The notes: generated by a model from the letters alone, not told the origin. Shown: positions 25,673 to 61,585, counted from the first letter of the stretch. The stretch is DNA of 64,000 nt from Eledone cirrhosa (GCA_964016885.1 CAXHJY010000746.1:1-64000); one strand, 5' to 3'. Program-made: numbers and translations.

Positions 25673-26412
25673 TATATATATATATATATACACACACATA
25701 CATTGGTTTTGCTTGGTTAACAAGTCTAGTGAGCCTTCTACAGCTAACTGCCCTTCTCATCACCAACCACTTTACAGAGTGTACTAGGTGCTCCTTTATT
25801 ATATATTTCACCAACACACACACTCATACACTTAATTTTCTGTCTATCATAATAAAAAGAATCAAATTTGCCCGGTGACCCCGGCTGCTGTACTTTGCTC
25901 TGGTGGTGGCCCCTTGGTTCACCCCTTCCTTAACATTTTCTTTAATATTGCAACATTTAAGGACATATATCTTTCTGAAAGGAATCTATCCGAGCAATTT
26001 ATAATCTTGTCTAAGCATTTGTAATGTTATGTGGTTAGAGAACTGGATTCACAATCTTGAGGTTGTGAGTTCGATTCCTGGACCAGGTGATGCGTTATGT
26101 CCTTGAGCAAGACACTTTATTTCACGTTCCTCCTCCTACCTGGAGTTGTGACCGATAGATACTATTAGCAACTGGAAAGACGTACGGAAACATTGATTCC
26201 TCGGTCCGATTTGTATATATTTAAAACATATTTGTTATGTTATTCTACTGTAAACCTATTTATATGCTTTGTATTAAAACCCTTATATATATCTGAATAA
26301 GAAAATACACGAAACATTTATTTAAACAACATTTTATATTTATCCAGGTCTGTGAAAGCAACCCCTAACGCCAACATCTGACCCCTGCAAATCCCACAGA
26401 AACTGGTCAAAT

Positions 26413-29400
26413 ATGTTTGTCTTAGCTGAAATGAAGGACACAGTTCGTATTAAACCCCACATATTTCATATCAACTTTACAGCTGCCACGATAGAAACTC
26501 TCAACAAGAAGTTTGCAAATAAGGCAAGTATAGTTATCAATTCTGTCTGTCTGCCCAGCTATTTGTCTAGCTAGCTAGCTGTCTATCAGCCTATCTAGCT
26601 AGCTGTCTATCAGACTAGCTAGCTGTCTATCAGACTATCTAGCTGTCTATCAGACTATCTAGCTGTCTATCAGACTAGCTAGCTAGCTGTCTATCAGCCT
26701 AGCTAGCTAGCTGTCTATCAGACTAGCTAGCTAGCTATCTGTCTCTCTCTATACATATATCATTCTGTTTAACTATCGATCTACATAGCTTGCTAGCTCT
26801 ATCTATCTATCGATCTACATAGCTTGCTAGCTCTCTTTATCTATCTAACTATCCTGTTTTCTATCTATTTATCTCCTGTCTATATATGTGTGTGTGTATC
26901 TATCTATATATATATATATATGTATGTAAAAGGTAAACAGAAATAACAACACAATCAGTCCAGTATATGGAAGGAATATATTAGGTTAACGCTTGATATA
27001 GCAGGAAGAGGGTCTTAATGTTTTGGACACTAGTCCTTCATCAGAAGAAAGAATGAGAAATAAGATAGATTGAAGGGGTCAGGCGGGTAGGAAATATATA
27101 TATCTGCCTACATAGTCCTCATTCTGTGTATTACTCTACATTTTAGGTGGTCCACAACGTCGGCCTGTGTATAGCTCTTTGGGATCTGAAAGACATTAAG
27201 GACAGTTTCCTCTTCCCTGGCGATGGAGCTTCACATACAGTAGGTAAGTAAGGGGAGATAACTTCTGAGCATGAAAAGATATTTCCGAAAGTCCTGGGAG
27301 CTGTGCTGTTTTCTGACTTTGTAGACATGGTCCCCCCACGTGTGTTAGACACATGGAAATCAAAAAGGTACTCAGTGTTGTTGGCAAGATGGTTAATAAT
27401 TTTGTGGGTGTTTACCAAGTCATTTGCCAGACGTCAGAGCTTCAATGTATCCATGCCCCAGGGAAGCAAGGCGTTCAGAGTATGGTAGGTGTCTGATGGA
27501 GGGTATGATGTTGATAATAATAATAATAATAATTGTTTCTACTTTAGGCACAAGGCCAGCAATTATCCTCAGTACATTACTGGTACTTTATTTTATCAGC
27601 CCTGTAAGGATGAAAGGCAAAGTTAACCTCGACGGGATTTGAACTTAGACTATAAAGGGTCGTAACTCTATGCTGGAAAGCATGGCGTCCGACCCTCTAC
27701 CGATACTGCCAATCCCCCGCCTTAATAATAATAATGAATACTCTCTCTCTCTCTCTCTCTTCTCCAGTTCATTTCCGTTACGTGGTGTTTCGACCATATA
27801 TGGATGAGATTCTCGTCGGAAAGATCAAAGGTAGCAGCAAAGATGGAGTCCAAGGTAAAAAGTGTTGAGTTCTTGCTGGGACTGGGGGGTGGTGGTGGGG
27901 GTTGTTTAGCCCTAGGTCAGTACCTCATGGGACTTTACACCACAACACTACTACTATGAACTGTACTACTACACCACCACACCTACAAACTACACCACTA
28001 CAACATACTATACCACTACACCACTACAACACCACTACACCACCACACCTACAAACTATACAACTACACCACTACTACATACTATACCACTACACCACTA
28101 CTACATACTATACCACTATACCACAACACCACTACTACATACTATACCACTACACCACTATACCACAACACCACTACTACATACTATACCACTATACCAC
28201 AACACCACTACTACATACTATACCACTATACCACAACACCACTACTACATACTATACCACAACACCACAACGCCACTACTACATACTATACCACTACTAC
28301 GAACTATACTACAACACCACAACTTTACTTTCTCCTCTATTTTCAGTGTCCCTGGGGTTTTTTGACGACATCCTGATACCCAGTGATGCCCTGCAACATC
28401 CATCAAGATTGTATCCTTGTTTTTTTTCTGACCTTTGACCCCTCCCAAAATTACTTTAATGGCCCACACATACCTGCGACAATTGTAAACTAAACGTCTA
28501 ATTCTGGTTTTTAAAAATGTCAAGGGAGACAACCTAGAAAAATTACTGATTTTCCACCACCCCATTATTTGCGACCCAAGAGTATGTTATAAAATGAATA
28601 GGGTTGGTTGCGGGGGGGGGGTCTCAATATGTAAACTAAACGTCTAATTCTGGTTTTTAAAAAAGTCAAGGGAGACAACCTAGAAAAATTACTGATTTTC
28701 CACCACCACCACCCCATTATTTGCGACCCAAGAGTATGTTATAAAATGAATAGGATTGGTTGGGGGGGGGTCTCAATGTGTAAACTAAATGACTAATTCT
28801 GGTTTTATATCTCTGGCAAAGTTTTATTCTAAGTGGTAGCATGGTAGGACCGAGAGTACATTATAAAATAATTGGGATTGGTGGGGGGGGGGGTTCAATA
28901 TGTAAACTAATTGATTCTGGTTTTTTAAAAAAAAAAAAAAAGCAGAATTCAAGGGAGACAACCTAAAAAAATTACAAATTTTCAAACCCCCTCCCCCCTA
29001 TTATTTGGGCCCCGAGAGTATATTATAGATATGATGGGATCTCAATATGTAACCTAAACAACTAATTGTGGTTTTTGTTTAAAAAAAAATCAAGGGAGAC
29101 AACCTAGAAAAATTACAGATTTTCCTAACTCCTCCCTCCCTATTATTTGGGCCCCGAGAGTATATTGAAGTATTTAGGGTAAATATGGCCCTTAAACTAC
29201 CTCCCTTCCTATTATTTGGGCCCGAGCGTATATTGAAGTATTTAGGGTAAATATGGCCCTTAAACTACCTCCCTCCCTATTATTTGGGCCCGAGAGTATA
29301 TTGAAGTATTTAGGGTAAATATGGCCCTTAAACTACCTCCCTCCCTATTATTTGGGCCCCGAGAGTATATTGAAGTATTTAGGGTAAATATGGCCCTTAA

Positions 29401-31903
29401 ACTACCTCCCTCCCTATTATTTGGGCCCGGAGAGTATATTGAAGTATTTAGGGTAAATATGGCCCTTAAAATTCTCTATTTGACCCCTTAACTCTGCTGT
29501 TTAACTGTATAGTGATGAACAAGAGCAGCTCTGGGTCTGGTTGTATGAGACTGAGGCTGAAAAACACGATTTGTTTATGGACAGCGGTGAGGAAATCAGG
29601 TATGTTGTTGTTGTTGTTGTAGTTTTACATTTAGACTGTGGCCATGCTGGGGCACTGCTGGTGGTGACAGTCTCATTATACTGTGGCCATGCTGGGGCAC
29701 TGCTGCTGGTTTCAGTCATTATACTGTGGCCATGCTGGGGCACTGCTGGTGGTGACAGTCTCATTAGACTGTGGCCATGCTGGGGCAGTATTGTTGTTAG
29801 CAATCTCTTTTATGTCAAACTGCAACGTTATGTACACAGACCCACCACCAGTACTACCACCACTACCACCAACACCACCACCAGTACTACCACCAACACC
29901 ACCACCAGTACTACCACCACTACCACCAACACTACTACCACCAACACCACCACCATTACTACCACCAACACTACTACCACCACTACCATCAACACCACTA
30001 CCACCAACACCACCACCAGTACTACCACCAACACTACTACCACCAACACCACCACCATTACTACCACCAACACTACTACCACCAACACCACCACCAGTAC
30101 TACCACCAACACCACCAGTACTACCACCAACACCACCACCAGTACTACCACCAACACCACCACCAGTACTACTACCACCAACACCGCCACCAGTACTACC
30201 ACCACTACCACCAACACTACTACCACCAACACCACCAACACCACCACCAGTACTACCACCAACACCACCACCAGTACTACCACCAACACTACTACCACCA
30301 ACACCACTACCACCAACACCACCACCAGTACTACCACCAACACTACTACCACCAACACCACCACCAGTACCACCAACACCACCACCAGTACTACCACCAC
30401 TACCACCACCACTCTCTCTCTCTCTCTCTATCCACCAGGTTCCGTGTTGTGGACGAGTCATTTGTGGACACAACTCCGACTAGTCCGGAAACTGGAGGAG
30501 CGGAGGAAACTGAAGTCCTGGAGTCAGATGTGAAGAAAGTCCCTTATACTTTAACTGTAAGTCATCATCATCATCATCATCATCATTTCATTTTACGTCC
30601 GCTTTTCCCTGCTTGCAAGGGTGGGACGGGAACTGATTCTGGCTTGATTTCTACAGCTGGATGCCCTTCCTAACACCAACCTCATTTACAGTGAGTCCTG
30701 GGTGCTTCTTTTGCCGTGGCACCTCCACGGCCCCTTTACAGTGAGTGCTGGGTGCTTCTTTTGCCGTGGCACCTCCACGTCCACTTTACAGTGAGTCCTG
30801 GGTGCTTCTTTTGCCGTGGCACCTCCACGACCACTTTACAGTGAGTGCTGGGTGCTTCTTTTGCCGTGGCACCTCCACGACCACTTTACAGTGAGTGCTG
30901 GGTGCTTTTTTGCCCGTGGCCCCTCCACGGCCACTTTACAGTGAGTGCTGGGTGCTTATTTGCCCTGGCCCCTCCACGACCACTTTACAGTGAGTGCTGG
31001 GTGCTTTTTTGCCCGTGGCACCTCCACAACCACTTTACAGTGAGTGCTGGGTGCTTTTTTGCCCGTGGCACCTCTACGACCACTTTACAGTGAGTGCTGG
31101 GTGCTTTTTTGCCCGTGGCACCTCCACGACCACTTTACAGTGAGTGCTGGGTGCTTTTTTGCCCGTGGCACCTCCACGACCACTTTACAGTGAGGGCTGG
31201 GTGCTTTTTTGCCCGTGGCACCTCCACGACCACTTTACAGTGAGTGCTGGGTGCTTTTTTGCTGTGACACCTTCACTCTACAGTGAGTGCTGGGTGCTCT
31301 TTTGCCGTGGCACCTCCACGACCACTTTACAGTGAGTGCTGGGTGCTTTTTTGCCCTGGCCCCTCCACGACCACTTTACAGTGAGTGCTGGGTGCTTTTT
31401 TGCCCGTGGCACCTCTACGACCACTTTACAGTGAGTGCTGGGTGCTTTTTTGCCCGTGGCACCTCCACGACCACTTTACAGTGAGTGCTGGGTGCTTTTT
31501 TGCCCGTGGCACCTCCACGACCACTTTACAGTGAGTACTGGGTGCTTTTTTGCCCGTGGCACCTCCACGACCACTTTACAGTGAGTGCTGGGTGTAATAT
31601 ATATATATATATATATATATATAATGACAACTCACCACCACAACTCCACCACCATCTGTCTCACTACATACCTTTACACCTCCTTGACTAAGTATATATA
31701 AATACTGAACACTGCCCCCCACCAATTGTCACTACATCCTCATTCCTAACATGTTTTACACAACCGGTACAACAGCATATTTACTAGAATATATTTCTAT
31801 TGTTGTTTTCTTATTAATATATTTCTTTTTCTTTTCTCTCCTCTTCTTTTAGGGGTCAATAAGTGAACCCGGTTTAGGGCTGCTGTCATGGTGGAATTCT
31901 TGA
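26413..31903 (+). CDS. POLR3H: DNA-directed RNA polymerase III subunit RPC8 (C25)
   Basis: Exons 26413-26523, 27147-27243, 27768-27854, 28347-28410, 29513-29599, 30439-30556, 31853-31903; 615 nt, 204 aa. [15 protein letters not shown]...[17 protein letters not shown]...[20 protein letters not shown]...[12 protein letters not shown]...WVWLYETE...[15 protein letters not shown]...[16 protein letters not shown] matches the RPC8 family. Confidence 0.95.
26524..27146 (+). other. GC-AG intron of POLR3H
   Basis: AAG|GCAAGT donor is required to join FANK to VVHNVG in phase 0; the donor is otherwise consensus, as is typical of GC donors. Confidence 0.85.
26926..27090 (-). mobile_element. Same repeat of about 160 bp with a degenerate minimal hammerhead, copy 2
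   Basis: Minus strand CUGAUGA-A-GGAC(UAGU)GUCC-AAAA-CAU-UA. Confidence 0.55.
27515..27723 (-). mobile_element. SINE family B copy
   Basis: Reverse complement of the 3307-3507 family. Confidence 0.75.
28411..29512 (+). other. U12-type (minor spliceosome) GT-AG intron of POLR3H
   Basis: Donor GTATCCTTG at 28411; branch site CCCCTTAAC at 29484-29492, about 20 nt before the AG; no strong pyrimidine tract. Splicing restores ...[14 protein letters not shown]. Confidence 0.85.
30562..31595 (-). mobile_element. SINE family A copy with about 19 VNTR units
   Basis: (CAT)n tail, RTE-type 3' end, and a long array of 46-47-bp units. Confidence 0.8.
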
Positions 31904-32164
31904 TCACCCAGAGAAGACCCCTTCAATTACTCACATAAAAACAGGGCTGGTGCTACCACTGAGGACCACCGAGGACAACCCCTAAGTAGCAGGCCTTAGC
32001 ATGACTGAATTTTGACCCCTATTTTGATATTGTTGACTGGTAAAAACAACCCTAACCGGACTGATCTGCTTCCAGGACAAAGGCGCCCCTAAGAAGATCA
32101 ATAGATTTGTTGGGAATGTGAAACTAAATCTAACCAGTAGGAAAGGGGTCTACTGATGCTGTGC

Positions 32165-32342
32165 ATTCATCATCACCATCATCATCATCATTTTACGTCC
32201 GCTTCTCCCTGCTTGCAAGGGTGGGACGGGTCCTATTCAGCACAGCATCTCTCCACTTGTCACGGTCCTTCGTCATCTCCTCCGTGAGCTCAGCTCTCAC
32301 CACCTCCGCCAATGTCTTCTGTGGTCTTGCTATATAATACAG

Positions 32343-32383
<41 letters not shown>

Positions 32384-32870
32384 CCGTCCCACGCTTGCAA
32401 GCAGGGAAAAGCGGACGTAAAATGATGATGATGATGATGATGATATATAAAATCAAGGAAAAGCAAATAAAGAAAAAAATGTTTCAATAAATTTCAAAAA
32501 ATTCACTGTATCCCTATGTGTATTATTTACATGCAGGAACACATACTTTTATTTTATATATGTATATATATATATATATATATATCACCATCATTTTACA
32601 TCCGCTTACAATATACATACATAGTGTGTATATATATATATATATATCACCATCATTTTACGTCCGCTTTTCCCAGCTTGCAAGGGTGGGACGGGTCCTA
32701 TTCAGCACAGCATCTCTCCACTTGTCACGGTCCTTCGCCATCTCCTCCGTGAGCTTCAGCGATCTGAGGTCAGCTCTCACCACCTCCGCCCATGTTTTTC
32801 TACTGCGTCTTCCTTCAACTGGGATTTCTTGGCACTTCTTTACCCAGCAGTCATCCTCCATGTACGTCAC
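32165..32870 (-). mobile_element. RTE LINE 3' fragments (about 32165-32325 and 32645-32870 on the minus strand, plus a short + strand tail at about 32385-32445)
   Basis: Minus-strand ORFs ending DRDKWRDAVLNRTRPTLAS-EKRT, the same family as 10076-10375. Confidence 0.75.
32466..32491 (+). terminator. Candidate POLR3H polyadenylation signals
   Basis: AATAAA at 32466 and 32486, about 570 nt after the stop codon. Confidence 0.4.
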
Positions 32871-33023
32871 ATGGACTGGTTCAATCTAAATCATATACTA
32901 CCTGTGCCTTGAGACTTGAGAAAACAACACCATACTTCGGGACAGGACATATACAAAAACTGAAAGAACAGAGGTCAACTTTGTTCTATCGTTATGTTTT
33001 GCTGTTTTTTTCTGTTCACGTTG

Positions 33024-33388
33024 TAGCTATCTGATGAGGTCATAGCTGTTGGTTATCACCGAAATATAGAAATATATATAACAGCTGTCTGATAAGGTCA
33101 TAGCTGTTGGTAATCGCCGAAATATAGAAATATATATAACAGCTGTCTGATGAGGTCATAGCTGTTGGTAATCACCAAAATATAGAAATATATACAACAG
33201 CTGTCTGATGAGGTCATAGCTGTTGGTAATCACCGAAATATAGAAATATATATAACAGCTGTCTGATGAGGTCATAGCTGTTGGTAATCACCAAAATATA
33301 GAAATATATACAACAGCTGTCTGATGAGGTCATAGCTGTTGGTAATCACCAAAATATAGAAATATGTATAACAGCGACTATGAATAAA
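33024..33388 (+). ncRNA. Tandem array of six type-I hammerhead ribozyme units (58-nt period)
   Basis: Cores start at 33031, 33089, 33147, 33205, 33263 and 33321. Unit: ACAGCTGT-CTGATGA-GGT..ACC-GAAA-TATA-gaaata-TATA-TA-ACAGCTGT. Units 1 and 4 have an intact core. Confidence 0.8.
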
Positions 33389-33909
33389 CAAAGTTAATTT
33401 TAACCTGTTGACATATTTCTTGTCTTACTTGTATAGGACTTTTTCTGGATAGGTTTTATATGTAATATAGAGGTGTGTATATATATATATATATATAGCA
33501 GAATATAGAGGTATATATATATATTTCCTGGACCAGGCGATGCGTTATGTCCTTGAGCAAGACACTTTATTTCACATATTCCTTATAGATATACGTGTGT
33601 GTGTACGCGTGTACCTTGTTTGTCTTCTTTTCTTTAATTTTTTCTTTCTAAATTATTGTTCCATTTTTATAATTATATCGAGAATGATACTTTCTTTTAA
33701 TTATTACACTCCCTTACCTCTTTTACTTCCGCATGTAAGTGTACGTGCGTGTGGGTGTGTTTATACGCGTGCCTTCATATTCTTATAATGTATCTATTAC
33801 CCTATTTCTGTGTACCTGCCAAACAGAAAACCACATCATGTCTGTCTGTAGTTGACAGATACACAGATACACTTGCCCTAACACATATATTTATGCACAC
33901 TTTTTCACT

Positions 33910-34165
33910 ATCATCATCATCATCATCATTTTTACGTCCGCTTTTCCTTGCTTGCAAGAGTAGGACGGGAACTGATGCTGGCTTGATTTCTACAGCTGGA
34001 TGCCCTTCCTAACACCAACCTCATTTACAGTGAGTGCTAGGTGCTTTTTTTGCTGTGGCACCTCCACGACCACTTTGCAGTGGAATGATAGGGACCCCAG
34101 TCCCTATCATCTCATTTCTACAGCTGAGTAAACTGGAGCAATGTGAAATAAAGTGTCTTGCTCAA
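33910..34165 (-). mobile_element. SINE family A copy
   Basis: Similar to 656-900. Confidence 0.75.
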
Positions 34166-34380
34166 CACAAACAACACAACACATCACGTATACATTTGTA
34201 CATACACATATATGTACATCTGTGAGCGTATATACATACATATACACACACCTAACTATATTTCTTGAAAGATTTTTATATATTTCATATGGCTATTGTA
34301 ATTCATTTGTCTATATTTATATAATTTTTTTGCTTTTCTTGATGAGACTTTCCAAGTATTTAGCCATGTTTTATATTGCC

Positions 34381-34455
34381 TCGTCTGACGAACGAATGAA
34401 GACGTTTCTTTCGTATTCGCCCCATTCGGGGAAACCTCTGGTAATGAGGTAATTA
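34381..34455 (+). ncRNA. Hammerhead-like remnant lacking stem I
   Basis: CUGACGA-aCGAAUG..CAUUCGgg-GAAA-CCUC(ugguaau)GAGG-UA; stems II and III are present, stem I does not pair. Confidence 0.5.
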
Positions 34456-34694
34456 TATTGTATTGATTTTTATACATTATATATATATATATATATATAT
34501 ATAGGTATATATAACATGTAATATAGAGGTATATATATATCCCACCGAGGTTAAGCTTTGCCTTTCCTCGTTACAAGGTCGATAAAATAAAGTACCAGTA
34601 ATACACGGGGTCGATTTTTTGGCTCCCCACCCAAAAAATACTGGCCTTGTGCCTATAGTAAAAATCTTTATTATATATATATATATACATATAT

Positions 34695-34778
34695 ATATCG
34701 GGTGTTCCAAAAAAACGTATACATACTTTGATTAGAATGCTATTGAAGTGTGTATATATTTTTGGGGGACACCCTGTG
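34695..34778. mobile_element. Tc1/mariner-like MITE (about 80 bp, TIR resembling CAGGGTGTCCCAAAAA)
   Basis: Terminal inverted repeats in a TA context; related copies at about 41330-41400 and 46265-46332. Confidence 0.55.
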
Positions 34779-34904
34779 TGTGTATATATATATATAGAGA
34801 GAGAGAGAAAGCAATGAAATATAATTGAAGGAGGAGGAAGATGTAGAGAGAGGATAGGGAAGAGTAAGGAATGATATATTGAGAGAGGGAATGAAGGGGA
34901 GGAG

Positions 34905-34955
34905 GAAACGGAAGTAAGTCATTGATTCTGCGTGGGTGAGAGGAATGGCGGTAGA
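34905..34955 (+). promoter_or_regulatory. Putative HID1 promoter motifs
   Basis: ETS motif CGGAAGT (34909-34915) and YY1-like AATGGCGG (34944-34951) lie close together upstream of the start-codon minisatellite. Confidence 0.35.
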
Positions 34956-35339
34956 GTAAAATACACTGATATAGAGAGGGTGGGAGAAAACACTATAGCA
35001 CACGATGGGAGGGGTTAATGGTGAGGTAGGAGTAATATACATGTTATAGAGGGAGGGAACAAAAGGGAGAGAGAGAGAGAGATAGTCGTAATGAGGGAGG
35101 GAAAGAGGTGTGGCTGGAGGACGGTGACATTGATATGGAGCAGTAGAGGGAGTGAGGGTGGGAGATAGACTATAATATCAAGAGAGGGTGTTAGACTGTA
35201 ACACAAAGAGAGCGTGTAATAGATAGAGAGAATGAGAGAGAGAGGTAGACAGACTACGACAACAACAGAGGGTGCGGTAGATAGAGAAATAGTGTAGTGT
35301 TACAGAGAGTAAAGGGTGTAGAGAGAGACAGACTATGCT

Positions 35340-37688
35340 ATCAAGGGAGGGTGTATTAGATAGAGAGAGAGTTATGGGCGAAAGGCTATGACAATAAGAG
35401 AGGGTGTAATAGATAGAGAGACAGTGTAACGAGAGGTGTAGTGAGAGAGAGAGTTATGGGCGAAAGACTATGACAATAAGAGAGGGTGTATTAGATAGAG
35501 AGACAGTGTAGTGTGAGGTGTAGTGAGAGAGAGAGAGTTATGGGCGAAAGACTATGACAATAAGAGAGCGTGTATTAGATAGAGAGGCAGTTATGGGCGA
35601 AAGACTATGACAATAAGAGAGGGTGTATTAGATAGAGAGACAGTGTAACGAGAGGTGTAGTGAGAGAGTTATGGGCGAAAGACTATGACAATAAGAGAGG
35701 GTGTATTAGATAGAGAGACAGTGTAACGAGAGGTGTAGTGAGAGAGAGTTATGGGCGAAAGACTATGACAATAAGAGAGGGTGTATTAGATAGAGAGACA
35801 GTGTAGTGTGAGGTGTAGTGAGAGAGAGAGAGTTATGGGCGAAAGACTATGACAATAAGAGAGGGTGTATTAGATAGAGAGACAGTGTAGTGAGAGGCAG
35901 TTATGGGGAAAGACTATGACAATAAGAGAGGGTGTATTAGATAGAGAGGCAGTTATGGGGAAAGACTATGACAATAAGAGAGGGTGTATTAGATAGAGGG
36001 ACAGTGTAACGAGAGGTGTAGTGAGAGAGAGAGTTATGGGCGAAAGACTATGACAATAAGAGAGAGTGTATTAGATAGAGAGACAGTGTAACGAGAGGTG
36101 TAGTGAGAGAGAGAGAGTTATGGGCGAAAGACTATGACAATAAGAGAGGGTGTATTAGATAGAGAGACAGTGTAACGGGAGGTGTAGTGAGAGAGAGAGA
36201 GTTATGGGCGAAAGACTATGACAATAAGAGAGGGTGTATTAGATAGAGAGACAGTGTAGTGTGAGGTGTAGTGAGAGGCAGTTATGGGGAAAGACTATGA
36301 CAATAAGAGAGGGTGTATTAGATAGAGAGACAGTGTAGTGAGAGGCAGTTATGGGGAAAGACTATGACAATAAGAGAGGGTGTATTAGATAGAGAGACAG
36401 TGTAACGAGAGGTGTAGTGAGAGAGAGAGTTATGGGCGAAAGACTATGACAATAAGAGAGGGTGTATTAGATAGAGAGACAGTGTAGTGTGAGGTGTAGT
36501 GAGAGAGAGAGAGTTATGGGCGAAAGACTATGACAATAAGAGAGGGTGTATTAGATAGAGAGACAGTGTAGTGTGAGGTGTAGTGAGAGGCAGTTATGGG
36601 GAAAGACTATGACAATAAGAGAGGGTGTATTAGATAGAGAGACAGTGTAGTGAGAGGCAGTTATGGGGAAAGACTATGACAATAAGAGAGGGTGTATTAG
36701 ATAGAGGGACAGTGTAACGAGAGGTGTAGTGAGAGAGAGAGTTATGGGCGAAAGACTATGACAATAAGAGAGAGTGTATTAGATAGAGAGACAGTGTAAC
36801 GAGATGAGAGAGAGAGAGTTATGGGCGAAAGACTATGACAATAAGAGAGGGTGTATTAGATAGAGAGACAGTGTAACGAGAGGTGTAGTGAGAGAGAGAG
36901 AGTTATGGGCGAAAGACTATGACAATAAGAGAGGGTGTATTAGATAGAGAGACAGTGTAGTGTGAGGTGTAGTGAGAGGCAGTTATGGGGAAAGACTATG
37001 ACAATAAGAGAGGGTGTATTAGATAGAGAGACAGTGTAGTGAGAGGCAGTTATGGGGAAAGACTATGACAATAAGAGAGGGTGTATTAGATAGAGAGACA
37101 GTGTAACGAGAGGTGTAGTGAGAGAGAGAGTTATGGGCGAAAGACTATGACAATAAGAGAGGGTGTATTAGATAGAGAGACAGTGTAACGAGAGGTGTAG
37201 TGAGAGAGAGAGAGTTATGGGCGAAAGACTATGACAATAAGAGAGGGTGTATTAGATAGAGAGACAGTGTAACGAGAGGTGTAGTGAGAGAGAGAGTTAT
37301 GGGCGAAAGACTATGACAATAAGAGAGGGTGTATTAGATAGAGAGACAGTGTAACGAGAGGTGTAGTGAGAAAGAGAGTTATGGGCGAAAGACTATGACA
37401 ATAAGAGAGGGTGTATTAGATAGAGAGACAGTGTAACGAGAGGTGTAGTGAGAAAGAGAGTTATGGGCGAAAGACTATGACAATAAGAGAGGGTGTATTA
37501 GATAGAGAGACAGTGTAGTGTGAGGTGTAGTGAGAGGCAGTTATGGGGAAAGACTATGACAATAAGAGAGGGTGTATTAGATAGAGAGACAGTGTAGTGA
37601 GAGGCAGTTATGGGGAAAGACTATAACAATAAGAGAGGGTGTATTAGATAGAGAGACAGTGTAGTGTGAGGTGTAGTGAGAGGCAGTT

Positions 37689-37696
<8 letters not shown>
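35340..37696 (+). repeat. 60-85-bp minisatellite (about 30 units) whose last unit supplies the HID1 ATG
   Basis: agttATGGG(c/g)gaaagactatgacaataagagagggtgtattagatagag is repeated; the final unit reads ggcagttATGGGGAAC. Confidence 0.9.
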
Positions 37697-60548
<22,852 letters not shown>

Positions 60549-60755
60549 AGATATTGATTGATGTATATATGTGTGTATATATATATATATATGTATGTAT
60601 GTATATATATATACATACATACATGTATATATATATATATATATACATACATACATGTATATTTATATCCATATACATACATGTATATGGATATAAATAT
60701 ACATACATGTATATATATATGTATATATATGTGTATGTGTGTGTGTATGAGTATA

Positions 60756-60887
<132 letters not shown>

Positions 60888-60888
60888 C

Positions 60889-60934
<46 letters not shown>

Positions 60935-60992
60935 ATACTCACATTCATTGCTATATATACATACATGCATACTTAAATATTTATATATACAC

Positions 60993-61025
<33 letters not shown>

Positions 61026-61307
61026 AATGTGTATATATATACATATATATGTATATATGTGTATGTATGTATGTATGTATATACATATATATCTATGTAT
61101 ATACATATATATCTATGTATATATATGGGCACTGGACATGAAAGCTGACCTTTTGTATGCGTGTGTGAGTGGAGTGGCGGTGAGAACGTCTGTTTACCTG
61201 AGACAAACCAACCATGACCACCTCACAGTAATGTATATTTATTTCACTTTTGTTGTTGTTTTTAGATTTTATTGATTGTATTTAAGGGTTTTTTTCGATT
61301 TAGGGGT

Positions 61308-61354
<47 letters not shown>

Positions 61355-61585
61355 ATATGCACATATATTTATACGCACATATGCATACATACATATATAC
61401 ATATATTTATATACACACGTGTGTATATACATATATATATTAATATAAATATATACATACATACATATATTCATACATATATATACATAAACACATGCTT
61501 ATGTATATATTTATACATATATATATATATATATATACTTATCCATACATATATACAGATACACATGCATATATATACACACACA

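Noticed and set aside
29541-30533. Mucin-like or extensin-like 250-330-aa ORFs
   Set aside because: An (ACC/ACT)n repeat inside the POLR3H intron 29600-30438; open in several frames on both strands.
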